Assembly: GCA_035319685.1 (NCBI GenBank)
Contig: DATHCE010000220.1
Location: forward strand, 1-48,271
Direction: 5' to 3'
Source: Bryobacteraceae bacterium
GTDB lineage: Bacteria; Acidobacteriota; Terriglobia; Bryobacterales; Bryobacteraceae
Length of the DNA: 48,271 nt
The translations under genes were made by a program, and so were the position numbers. Below the pieces are notes generated by a model that was not told the DNA's origin, did no database searches, and worked only from the letters and a program-made list of their open reading frames with translations. Below are positions 8,885 through 17,011 of the stretch, in pieces (the stretch's first letter is position 1; every line of letters begins with the position of its first letter).

Positions 8885-8907
8885 TAACTGACGTCTCAAC
8901 TGACGTC
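8885..8907 (-). promoter_or_regulatory. two direct AACTGACGTC repeats just upstream of the oxidoreductase start
   Basis: t-AACTGACGTC-tc-AACTGACGTC lies 13-35 nt upstream of the ATG at 8872 on the minus strand. Each copy contains the palindromic GACGTC core. Confidence 0.25.
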
Positions 8908-8940
8908 GGAAAGAAAAAGAAAACGGCCGGACTCGCCGTT
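8908..8940 (-). terminator. rho-independent terminator downstream of htrA/degP
   Basis: On the minus strand: aacggc-gagtccg-gccgtt followed by ttttctttttctttcc. Confidence 0.5.
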
Positions 8941-8996
8941 CCACGGAGGATCGGAACGCCCTTGTCCGGCCGCGTGCCGCGAGGGGCAACCCATGA

Positions 8997-9063
8997 ACCC
9001 GCACGGGTGGGGACGCGGCGGCTTGTCGATGCGCTTGAGGAGGCCGCCGCGACCCGTGCGGGT
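8997..9063 (-). other. long imperfect hairpin in the htrA 3' region
   Basis: Outer 11-bp stem acccgcacggg / cccgtgcgggt and inner 8-bp stem gcggcggc / gccgccgc around a 20-nt loop. It sits between the htrA stop (9094) and the terminator. Confidence 0.5.
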
Positions 9064-9093
9064 CTTAAACCGCCAGGAACCCCGTGCGATCTT

Positions 9094-10590
9094 TTAGACC
9101 GCAAGAAACAGAGTGTTGCCCTGACGATTTACAAGCAGGAGCACCGGGTTATCCTTGGTGGCCGCACTCATCGCCTGCTTGAAATCGTTCACGCTGGCGA
9201 CCGGCTTATGATTCACCTGCACGATCACATCGCCTTGCATCAATCCGGCGTCGGCTGCTTTGCTGCCAGGACTGACCTGGTCGACCACCACGCCCTTGGT
9301 TTGCGGCGAAAGATGCAACTGCTGCGCCGCGTCGGGCGTCAAGTTTTCGACCGCCACGCCTTCGAGCGCCGCATTTTCCCCGCTGCCGGGGTTGTTGCCG
9401 CTCGAAGCCCGCTCCTCATTCGCCGGAAACTCGCCGAGCACAACCGCGAGGTTCTGGGTGTTTCCATTGCGCAGCACCTTGACGTTCACGGTCGTATTCG
9501 GATTCATCATCCCGACCTTCAGGCGCAACTGATTCGCATTGCTGACCGGCTGGCCATTGATGTCGAGAATGATATCGCCCTTTTGAAGACCCGCCTTCGA
9601 GGCCGGGCTGTTGGGGGTCACATCGCCGACCAGAGCGCCGCTCGCCTGGCTCGTATGGAACGCCTTGGCCAACTGGGGCGAAACATCCTCGGGCAGGATG
9701 CCGAGGTAGCCGCGCTCCACTTTGCCGTGGGCGATAATTTCGTCCATGTCGTGGCGCGCCATGTTGATCGGGACCGCGAAACCGATGCCCTGGTTTCCGC
9801 CGCTGTTCCCTGAAAGGATCGCCGTATTGATTCCGATCAGATGACCTTCATCGTCGACCAGCGCGCCGCCCGAGTTGCCCGGATTGATCGGCGCGTCGGT
9901 CTGAATGAAGTCTTCCACCTGCTCGATGCCGAGGCCGTCGCGGCCCATCGCGCTCACGATGCCGCTGGTAACGGTCTGGCCGACGCCGAACGGATCGCCG
10001 ATGGCGAGCACGATGTCGCCGACCTCGACCTGGCTCGAATCGCCGAGCGTCAGGGACGGGAAATTCGATCCGTCGATTTTCAGCACCGCAATGTCGGTTC
10101 GCGGATCGGTGCCGATGACGCGAGCTTTCATCACGCGCTTGTCTTTCAAAGTAACTTCGATGTCCGTGGCATGATCCACCACGTGATTGTTGGTCAGAAT
10201 GTAGCCTTCCGGACTCACGATGACGCCGGAGCCGAGGCTCTTCTCACGCTGTTCCTTGGGCACGTTGAAACCCGGAAAATCGTTGCCGAAGAACTGGCGG
10301 AAGAACGGGTCCAGGCCCTGCATCCCTTGCATCCCCTGCATTCCGCTCACATCGTTCTTGACCACGCGCGAAGATGAGATGTTCACCACCGCGGGAGTCA
10401 CTCTCTTCACCACGCTCGAATAGCCGCGCCGCGCCGAAGCCTCCGAGCGCGGAGCCGTTTTTATGGAAGCCGACGGATTTTCGGGACCCGGCAGCGCCAC
10501 CGCCCTCAATCCCAGAAACCCCGCCACGGCCAAGGCCGAACCTAAAGAAACCGGCGCGATCCAGCGCCGGCTGTTCAGGAAATTTCTCAT
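9094..10590 (-). CDS. degP: Do/HtrA/DegP-family periplasmic serine endoprotease with two PDZ domains
   Basis: Signal peptide; His, Asp and Ser triad contexts (TNNHVV, DIAVLK, GNSGGAL); two PDZ-like C-terminal repeats. Confidence 0.9.
   Translation of the reverse strand: MRNFLNSRRWIAPVSLGSALAVAGFLGLRAVALPGPENPSASIKTAPRSEASARRGYSSVVKRVTPAVVNISSSRVVKNDVSGMQGMQGMQGLDPFFRQFFGNDFPGFNVPKEQREKSLGSGVIVSPEGYILTNNHVVDHATDIEVTLKDKRVMKARVIGTDPRTDIAVLKIDGSNFPSLTLGDSSQVEVGDIVLAIGDPFGVGQTVTSGIVSAMGRDGLGIEQVEDFIQTDAPINPGNSGGALVDDEGHLIGINTAILSGNSGGNQGIGFAVPINMARHDMDEIIAHGKVERGYLGILPEDVSPQLAKAFHTSQASGALVGDVTPNSPASKAGLQKGDIILDINGQPVSNANQLRLKVGMMNPNTTVNVKVLRNGNTQNLAVVLGEFPANEERASSGNNPGSGENAALEGVAVENLTPDAAQQLHLSPQTKGVVVDQVSPGSKAADAGLMQGDVIVQVNHKPVASVNDFKQAMSAATKDNPVLLLVNRQGNTLFLAV
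10318..10344 (-). repeat. in-frame 9-bp x3 tandem repeat inside htrA (MQGMQGMQG)
   Basis: Plus strand reads ctgcatccc ttgcatccc ctgcattcc. Confidence 0.9.
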
Positions 10591-10780
10591 ATCTTTGCCA
10601 CCTCGATTTTTAGCTTACGGTGCGAGCGCTGCGTTTCAAATCCGGCGCAGCCGCTATAACGGGCCACGAAAATGGGGGATGAGAAGCTTCGGGTTTTGAG
10701 GGCGCGGTCCTCGTTTGCCAACCAGGCCGGCGCGCCATAGCGCCAAGTTGGCATCAATGCATAGCGTGAACAGGGGATGA

Positions 10781-11099
10781 TCGTCTACCGCTCCAAAGCG
10801 ATGCCCGCCGGAAATCGCGGGATTGGGTTCGGAGCCAGTCTCGGCCGAGGGTCAGTCCTATTATTGCTATGTGATTCAGGCCGACCATCCGGGAGCGGTG
10901 GAAACCGGGAACGCCAAGGCGCTGCCGGTGAAGGTGGATCGACAAGAAAACGCACCTGGTGCTGCGCGAGGAGAGCGGATCGGTGGCGCATGGCGGCTCG
11001 ACCACCACCGAGAATCTGGAAACGATCACCTTCACGCGGGTGGACGTGAATCAGCCCGTGGCGGACGATTTATTTCAGTTCAGCAGGTCCAAAAAATGA
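10781..11099 (+). pseudogene. 5'-truncated, frameshifted remnant of a LolA-like outer-membrane lipoprotein-sorting-type gene
   Basis: One frame reads ..GSEPVSAEGQSYYCYVIQADHPGAVETGNAKALPVKV. After a shift at about 10934-10937, a second frame reads WIDKKTHLVLREESGSVAHGGSTTTENLETITFTRVDVNQPVADDLFQFSRSKK*. Together these look like the C-terminal ~105 residues of a LolA-fold protein. No N-terminal part or start codon is present. Confidence 0.5.
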
Positions 11100-11192
11100 T
11101 CGCCGGCAGGCGGGATCGGTTTCGCGAAAAAAAGGTTTCCCACGGGCCCGGGAAGTGTGACAAACTGTATGTGTTCCTAAACCACAACCACT

Positions 11193-13115
11193 ATGGTCGG
11201 CCGAACTGTCGGACATTATCAATTCCTGGAAAAGCTGGGCGCGGGAGGAATGGGCGACATTTATAAAGCCCAGGACACGCGTCTCGGACGTTTTGTCGCA
11301 GTTAAGGTGCTGTCGATTGCCAGTTCCGGAGAACCGGAACGCCGGCGCCGGTTCGTTCAGGAAGCGCAAGCCGCCTCCGCGCTGAATCATCCCAACATCA
11401 TCACCATTCACGACATCGTTACCGAAGGCGATTCGGAATTCATGGTGATGGAGTTCGTCAGCGGAAAAACGCTGGTGGACTTGATTCCCAAGGGCGGATT
11501 GCGCTTGCCGCTGGCGTTGAAATACGCGACGCAGATGACCGACGCGCTGACCGTGGCGCACGCCGCCGGCATCGTGCATCGCGATCTCAAGCCCGCCAAC
11601 GTAATGGTGACCGAATCGGGCCTGGTGAAGATTCTCGATTTCGGACTGGCGAAGCTGACCGATCGCGGCCCGGTGACCACCACCGACGGCGGCGCCGACG
11701 CCACGCAGACCATCGCGGAAGCGCCGCTGACGGTGGAAGGCTCCATCATCGGCACGGTGAGCTATATGTCGCCGGAACAGGCGCAGGGCAAGAAGGTGGA
11801 CACGCGCTCCGATATTTTTTCATTCGGGGTGGTGTTGTATGAGATGGTGACGGGCGCGCGGGCGTTTGCCGGCGACAACGCGCTCTCGACGCTTTCCGCG
11901 ATTCTGCGCGACGAGGCCAAACCGATCGCGGAAATCGCGCCGGATGTGCCGCCGCAGATCGAGCAGGTGGTGAAGCGTTGCCTGCGCAAGAATCCCGACG
12001 AGCGGTGGCAATCGATGCAGGATGTGCGCGCGGCGCTGATGGCCTTGAAGCACGAGTCGGATTCGGGCCAGCTCTATAAGCCCCGCATTGAAAACGGGAA
12101 GTCAAAACCGGCCGCATCGAAAGGCGCCAGGATCGCAGCCGGCGCTGGGATCGGAGCGGTGGTCCTGTTGATTGCAGCGGGCCTGGGAGTGCGAACCGTA
12201 ATCCGGCAACACCGGGCGGCCCAGGAACAAGCGGCCGCGAATGCCGCCGCGGCAGCGAGTGCGGCCGCTGCTGCCGCCGCGCAGCCGGTAACACCGCCGC
12301 CGCCCGAGCAACCCGCAGCGGCCCCTCCACCCGAGCCTGCGGCCGATGGGGCGCTGACCAACGACAGCATCATCGACCTGGTGACGAATAAGGTCCCGAC
12401 GTCAGTGATTGTGAGTCAGATTCGTTCGTCCAAGACGAATTTCAATTTATCTCCGCCCGAAATCATCCGGCTGACGAAGGCGAACGTGAATGAGAGGATC
12501 ATCGAGGCGATGCGTGATCCGAAGGGCGAGCTGGCCGCGGCCAGGCGAGCCTCAGCGCCTAAGGAATCCACGCCGAAACCGGCCGCGCCTGCTCCGGCGA
12601 CGCCGGCTCCGGTTCCTGCGCCGGTGGCAGCCGCGCCGCCGCAACCCATCACTCCTCCGCCGGCTCCGGCATCCACTCCGGCAGTCAAACCGGTGGAAAA
12701 AGTGGTGGTAGCGACGGTAACCGACGGAACGCCGATTCGCATTACGCTCGCCGCGGACATCTCTGCGGACGCGCCGGAAGGGACGCCTCTGAACTTTACC
12801 GCGACCGAGAATTTTCGCGCCGGAGACACCGTGGTGATTGCTAAGGGTGCGGCCATTACCGGGGCCATCGTGGATGCCGCCAAGAAGAAATTCATGGGCT
12901 TGGGTGGCAAGATGACGTTCCGTCTGGTCGAAGCCAACGCGGTGGATGGGAAAAAATTGAAAGTTCGCGCCATGGCGGGAAGACGGGCGGATGGTCCGAC
13001 GACGCGCCCGGTGGAAGGCCCGAATCAGAAGCACACCAAGGAGATCGCCGCCGAAGCGGGCGCCGAGTACATCGCCTATATCGACGGCGACCAGACGGTT
13101 TCGGTCAAGAAGTAG
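11193..13115 (+). CDS. Ser/Thr protein kinase with one TM helix and an extracytoplasmic Pro/Ala-rich region plus C-terminal beta domain
   Basis: Hanks motifs GAGGMGDIY, VAVK, HRDLKPAN, DFGLA and SPEQ. TM segment AAGAGIGAVVLLIAAGLGV. This is followed by PA-rich linkers and two small domains. Confidence 0.9.
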   Translation: MVGRTVGHYQFLEKLGAGGMGDIYKAQDTRLGRFVAVKVLSIASSGEPERRRRFVQEAQAASALNHPNIITIHDIVTEGDSEFMVMEFVSGKTLVDLIPKGGLRLPLALKYATQMTDALTVAHAAGIVHRDLKPANVMVTESGLVKILDFGLAKLTDRGPVTTTDGGADATQTIAEAPLTVEGSIIGTVSYMSPEQAQGKKVDTRSDIFSFGVVLYEMVTGARAFAGDNALSTLSAILRDEAKPIAEIAPDVPPQIEQVVKRCLRKNPDERWQSMQDVRAALMALKHESDSGQLYKPRIENGKSKPAASKGARIAAGAGIGAVVLLIAAGLGVRTVIRQHRAAQEQAAANAAAAASAAAAAAAQPVTPPPPEQPAAAPPPEPAADGALTNDSIIDLVTNKVPTSVIVSQIRSSKTNFNLSPPEIIRLTKANVNERIIEAMRDPKGELAAARRASAPKESTPKPAAPAPATPAPVPAPVAAAPPQPITPPPAPASTPAVKPVEKVVVATVTDGTPIRITLAADISADAPEGTPLNFTATENFRAGDTVVIAKGAAITGAIVDAAKKKFMGLGGKMTFRLVEANAVDGKKLKVRAMAGRRADGPTTRPVEGPNQKHTKEIAAEAGAEYIAYIDGDQTVSVKK

Positions 13116-13192
13116 CGACCGCGCTCGTAGCGTTCGTTCTCTTAAGCGGGCGTGCTCGCGCCGCGATTCCGGCGGAGTGCGATCATGAAGGT

Positions 13193-13807
13193 ATGAAACT
13201 GGCCGCCGCGCTCGTGCCTCTTCTGTCGATGCCTTTCGCAGGCTCGGCCGCGGAAATTCCGAAAGGCACGCATGTGCTGCTGCGCATGATGAACTCCATC
13301 AACACGCGCACCGCCGCGGAAGGCGATCAGGTGTATCTCCAAACGGCCGTCCCGATCGCAGCCGGCGGCGAAATCGTGATTCCCGCCGGCAGCTACGTGC
13401 AGGGCGTCGTGTTGCTCGCCCGGCGCGGCGGCAAAGTCTCGGGCCGCGCCCAGTTGGGCATTCGTCTGGAAACGCTGACGCTCGCGAGCGGCAAGATGCT
13501 CAAGATCGCGCCGCGGCTGAACTCGGTCGATTCCAATGAAACCGGCCAAAAGGTCGAACGCGACGAGAATATCGTGAAGCAGGGCCCCGATTATGGAACC
13601 GATGCCCGCCGGATTGCGATTCTCGCGGGCACCGGAGGCGCCATCGGCGGCATGACGGATCGAAGTTGGACCGGCGCCGGCATCGGAGCGGGAGCGGGAA
13701 CCGCGGTCGGCTTCGCCACCACGCTTCTCACTCGCGGCAAAGACGTCGAACTGCGCCAGGGCTCGACCCTCGACATCGTATTCGACCGGCCGGTTACGGT
13801 CGAGTAA
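13193..13807 (+). CDS. secreted hypothetical protein: beta domain plus glycine-zipper segment
   Basis: Signal peptide MKLAAALVPLLSMPFAGSAAE. The pattern IPKGTHVLLRMMNSINTRTAAEGDQVYL..IVIPAGSYVQGVV resembles the kinase C-terminal domain. Gly-zipper segment ILAGTGGAIGGM..GAGIGAGAGTAVG. Confidence 0.6.
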   Translation: MKLAAALVPLLSMPFAGSAAEIPKGTHVLLRMMNSINTRTAAEGDQVYLQTAVPIAAGGEIVIPAGSYVQGVVLLARRGGKVSGRAQLGIRLETLTLASGKMLKIAPRLNSVDSNETGQKVERDENIVKQGPDYGTDARRIAILAGTGGAIGGMTDRSWTGAGIGAGAGTAVGFATTLLTRGKDVELRQGSTLDIVFDRPVTVE

Positions 13808-13867
13808 AGCGGGTCAGCAAATCCTCCGGCCAAAGTTGTGTATCCTACAAGCAACTCATTTCGTGCG

Positions 13868-14545
13868 ATGCGCATTCTGGTTGTGGCTGATCGGGGACTT
13901 GCCGACGTTGTTCCCCAGGCTCTGGAGCGGGAAGGTCATTGTGCGGCGCTCGCTCATTCGGAAAATGGCGCCGTTGAGATGGCGAAGGCACTGCCCTTCG
14001 ATGCCGTCGTGCTGGAGTATGCTCCTCCGGCACTCGATGGATTCAAAATCGCCCGATCCCTTTCTCAGGCCGGGATTCGCGCGCCGATCCTGATGCTGAT
14101 CTCCAAGGATGCGGTGCGCGACGCCGGCCGCAGGGTGACCGAGGCCGGCGCCGACGATTTTCTGGTCAAGCCGTTTTCGCTGGCGGAATTAACCGCGCGG
14201 CTGCGGACGATGGCCGGGCGCGGACAGCCTCGGGAATCCTCGCGCCTTCAGGTCGCCGATCTGACACTGGACCCGGCGAGGCACGAAGTTTTCCGCGGCG
14301 GCGTGCCGGTCGCGCTGACGCGCAAGGAGTTTCAGTTGCTCGAAATTCTGCTGCGCGACGCTGGCCGCGTGGTCCACCGCCAGGACCTGATGGAAGAGCT
14401 GTGGCCCGAGAGGGAGCAGGTCGAAAACAACATGCTCGATGCCTTCATCCGTCTTCTTCGGAGGAAGATCGATCGAGGACACGAGCCGAAGCTGATCCAT
14501 ACGGTCCGCGGCTTCGGGTATCGCCTGTCGGATGAATCTAAATAA
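13868..14545 (+). CDS. OmpR-family winged-helix response regulator with atypical (Asp-less) receiver
   Basis: Receiver plus Trans_reg_C layout (LTRKEFQLLEILL..VHTVRGFGYRL). By eye, the phosphoacceptor position reads VVLEYAPP where DLVLLDLxLP is expected, and the acidic pair reads VVADR. There is no adjacent histidine kinase. Confidence 0.85.
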   Translation: MRILVVADRGLADVVPQALEREGHCAALAHSENGAVEMAKALPFDAVVLEYAPPALDGFKIARSLSQAGIRAPILMLISKDAVRDAGRRVTEAGADDFLVKPFSLAELTARLRTMAGRGQPRESSRLQVADLTLDPARHEVFRGGVPVALTRKEFQLLEILLRDAGRVVHRQDLMEELWPEREQVENNMLDAFIRLLRRKIDRGHEPKLIHTVRGFGYRLSDESK

Positions 14546-14596
14546 CCGGTGGTCGCGGATCGCCTCCGGCCCCGCATCGGTCTTCACGATGTCCGG

Positions 14597-14620
14597 AGCC
14601 CCGCCGTCGCTGGCGGGGCT
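14597..14620 (+). terminator. GC hairpin downstream of the response regulator gene
   Basis: agccccgcc-gtcgct-ggcggggct. The following T tract is interrupted (ttgacactgtttt). Confidence 0.35.
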
Positions 14621-14761
14621 TGACACTGTTTTCACAGACTCGTGGGGTGACCCCTCCGCTGAGACAAACTATTTCACACACCTCGCCTGGTAACGGCGGG
14701 CTGCGCGTTTAACATCGTTACGAGCCGCATGAGACCGAGCGTCGCGAACATCAAGCAATGG

Positions 14762-15877
14762 TCAGCGCAAGGAGTACGTCAAGCCGAGCGTGAACTGGAA
14801 CGAGTTCTTCTTGAATCCCGGAGGCGGGTCGTTGAGGAACGCGTCGGTCGCGTTCAGGCTCACGCCCAGGCGCTTGTAGGTCGGCAACGTCAACCCCGCG
14901 CTGGCGATCGCCGAATACGCATTCGTATTGTTCCACGCCGGCGTCACCGACAGCTTCTGGTTGAACGCGATGCCGTGCACCAGCTTGCGCAGATAGGCTT
15001 CGGCGAACGTCGAGCCGATCAGGCTCTTATTGGCGCTCGATTTTGCGAACTGCTGATCGATGTAACTCATGCTGGCCTTCAGATCGAGGGTCTGATTGGC
15101 GTCTTTGATCGCCGTCCAGCCGATTCCGCCGCCGTAGCGCTGCTGCAAATCCAGGCCTTGCGAAAAATTATGATCGAAATCGGCCTGTCCGAAGCCGTAA
15201 ACGCGAGGAGAGAAATATTCATCGCGCTCGGCGGCGGCGTGATAGATCGAGGTCTTGAGCGTCGGGCTGCCGGGTTGCGAGACGGTGCCGTAGGATTCGG
15301 TGAAATCCACCAGGGTGCGGTTGCGCGCATCCAGCCAGTTTTCCGTAGGGATCGCGCGGACCAGACTGATGCCGGCGGTGAACGTCTCGCTATCCTGCGT
15401 GGCCTCCACCAGGCTCGCGCCGGCGGTAACCGTGCCGGACCAATCCTCAAAGAAACCCGGACTATGCATCACCGCCTTCTGGAACGCATCCGCGCTTACG
15501 ATGTTGCTCACATTCGCGACCGGGATCGATTGCGGCGGCGTGGCGCCCACTTCAATTTTCTGATCCGCCACGGTAATGGTTCCCTGCGGAACCGGCGCTT
15601 CATTTTTATGAACGATTTTGACGCCCTTCGGAATGACGGCGAATTTCTGGGAGGCGTGAAGTTCCCTGATATTTTTCCAATCGACTTTAATTTCGCCGAT
15701 CATGTCGCTCTTGAAGGTGATCTGGCCGCCGGCCGCGCTCACCAGATGGCCCACCAGCTTGTCGCCATTGGTGAAGATCAAAACATCCGGATCGGGTTTC
15801 GGCGCCTGCGCGTACATCACGCCCGCCGCGAAAAAAATTGCGAGACAGCCACTGGAAGATCTCTGAAACATGTTCAT
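14762..15877 (-). CDS. DUF481-family outer-membrane protein
   Basis: Signal peptide followed by an N-terminal soluble domain. The segment ..EDWSGTVTAGASLVEATQDSETFTAG.. and alternating beta-strand pattern ending ..FTLGLTYSLR are typical of the DUF481 (YdiY-like) family. Confidence 0.7.
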   Translation of the reverse strand: MNMFQRSSSGCLAIFFAAGVMYAQAPKPDPDVLIFTNGDKLVGHLVSAAGGQITFKSDMIGEIKVDWKNIRELHASQKFAVIPKGVKIVHKNEAPVPQGTITVADQKIEVGATPPQSIPVANVSNIVSADAFQKAVMHSPGFFEDWSGTVTAGASLVEATQDSETFTAGISLVRAIPTENWLDARNRTLVDFTESYGTVSQPGSPTLKTSIYHAAAERDEYFSPRVYGFGQADFDHNFSQGLDLQQRYGGGIGWTAIKDANQTLDLKASMSYIDQQFAKSSANKSLIGSTFAEAYLRKLVHGIAFNQKLSVTPAWNNTNAYSAIASAGLTLPTYKRLGVSLNATDAFLNDPPPGFKKNSFQFTLGLTYSLR

Positions 15878-15883
15878 TTCATT

Positions 15884-17011
15884 CTAACGAAGCAACCGGC
15901 AGCACTCGCGCGCGATTTCCCATTCTTCCTCGGCGTGGATCACCAGAATGCGCGGGTGCAGAAACTCGAACCTGGCTGCGACGATATCGCGCAAGGGCGC
16001 GCAATTTTCCCCGATACCCCCGGTGAACACGATTGCGTCCAGAGCACTCTCATGCGCGTCCGCGAGCGATCCAAGCATCGCGCCAATCTCGCGGCACAAA
16101 CGATGCGCGTAAATCTCGAAGGCGAGGCGCGCGCGTTGGTTTCCCTGTTCCATCGCTTCGAGAACGCGGCGCATATCGCCCGAAACGCCGGAGATCCCCA
16201 GCAGGCCCGATTCGCGGTTGAGAATTTCGTCAAGCTGCTCCGCGGTATACCCGCGATGCCGCAGCAGATAAATGATGATCGCCGGATCGATCGATCCGCT
16301 GCGGGCGCCCATCATGAGACCTTCGAGCGGCGTGAATCCCATGGTGGTGTCGACGCTTTTTCCATCGCGCACCGCGGCGAGCGACGCGCCGTTGCCGAGA
16401 TGGCAGGTGATGAGACGCAGATGCTTGCCCGGAATTTGCGCGCCCGGAATTTGCGCGGCCGGAATTTGGGCGCCCAGAATTTCCGCGGCGCGGCGCGAGG
16501 CGTATTGATGGCTGATGCCGTGAAACCCGTAGCGCCGGATACCGTGATCGAGCCATTCATAAGGACCGGGATAAACGTAGGCGGCGGGCGCGAGCGTCGC
16601 ATGAAAAGCCGAATCGAACACCGCGACTTGCGTGGCGTTGAAAATGCGCCCGGCGGTTTCAATCGCGGCCAGCTCGAATCGATTGTGCGCGGGGGCGACC
16701 TCCGCTGCCGCCGCGATCGCCGCGCGAACTTCGTCCGTCAGAATCGTGCTCTGGCGATATTTCGCGCCGCCGTGGACGATGCGATGGCCCACGGCGTCCA
16801 CCTTTCCGGGAACCGATCGGAGCAGCGGCGAAAGAATTTCGGGAATCGGGCGGCTATCGGTATCGACCTGCGCTTCCCACAACGGCTTCGGCGGATCAGA
16901 GGGCGGATCATTGGCCATCTCGGGGGCCATCTCGGGGGCCATCTCGGGGGAAATTTCATCGAGCCGGCATTTGAAAGTGCTGGAGCCTCCGTTCAGAACC
17001 AGAATTCTCAT
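15884..17011 (-). CDS. ackA: acetate kinase
   Basis: [40 protein letters not shown] and [11 protein letters not shown] 17011 forms an ATGA overlap with the phosphoketolase stop. The track ORF starts 9 nt further upstream, at 17020. Confidence 0.9.
   Translation of the reverse strand: MRILVLNGGSSTFKCRLDEISPEMAPEMAPEMANDPPSDPPKPLWEAQVDTDSRPIPEILSPLLRSVPGKVDAVGHRIVHGGAKYRQSTILTDEVRAAIAAAAEVAPAHNRFELAAIETAGRIFNATQVAVFDSAFHATLAPAAYVYPGPYEWLDHGIRRYGFHGISHQYASRRAAEILGAQIPAAQIPGAQIPGKHLRLITCHLGNGASLAAVRDGKSVDTTMGFTPLEGLMMGARSGSIDPAIIIYLLRHRGYTAEQLDEILNRESGLLGISGVSGDMRRVLEAMEQGNQRARLAFEIYAHRLCREIGAMLGSLADAHESALDAIVFTGGIGENCAPLRDIVAARFEFLHPRILVIHAEEEWEIARECCRLLR
16428..16487 (-). repeat. in-frame 15-bp x4 tandem repeat inside ackA ([20 protein letters not shown])
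   Basis: Plus strand reads cccggaatttgcgcg cccggaatttgcgcg gccggaatttgggcg cccagaatttccgcg. Confidence 0.9.
16913..16948 (-). repeat. perfect in-frame 12-bp x3 tandem repeat inside ackA ([12 protein letters not shown])
   Basis: Plus strand reads ggccatctcggg three times. Confidence 0.95.

Noticed and set aside
10625-10655. tRNA-like T-loop (gcgtttcaaatccggcgcag).
   Set aside because: Only a single stem with a 12-nt loop is present. No acceptor, D or anticodon arms can be drawn on either strand.
10823-11266. 147-aa ORF spanning the LolA-like remnant and the kinase gene start.
   Set aside because: Its downstream half is out of frame with the recognisable LolA-like C-terminus and overlaps the kinase start. 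It is explained by the frameshifted remnant.
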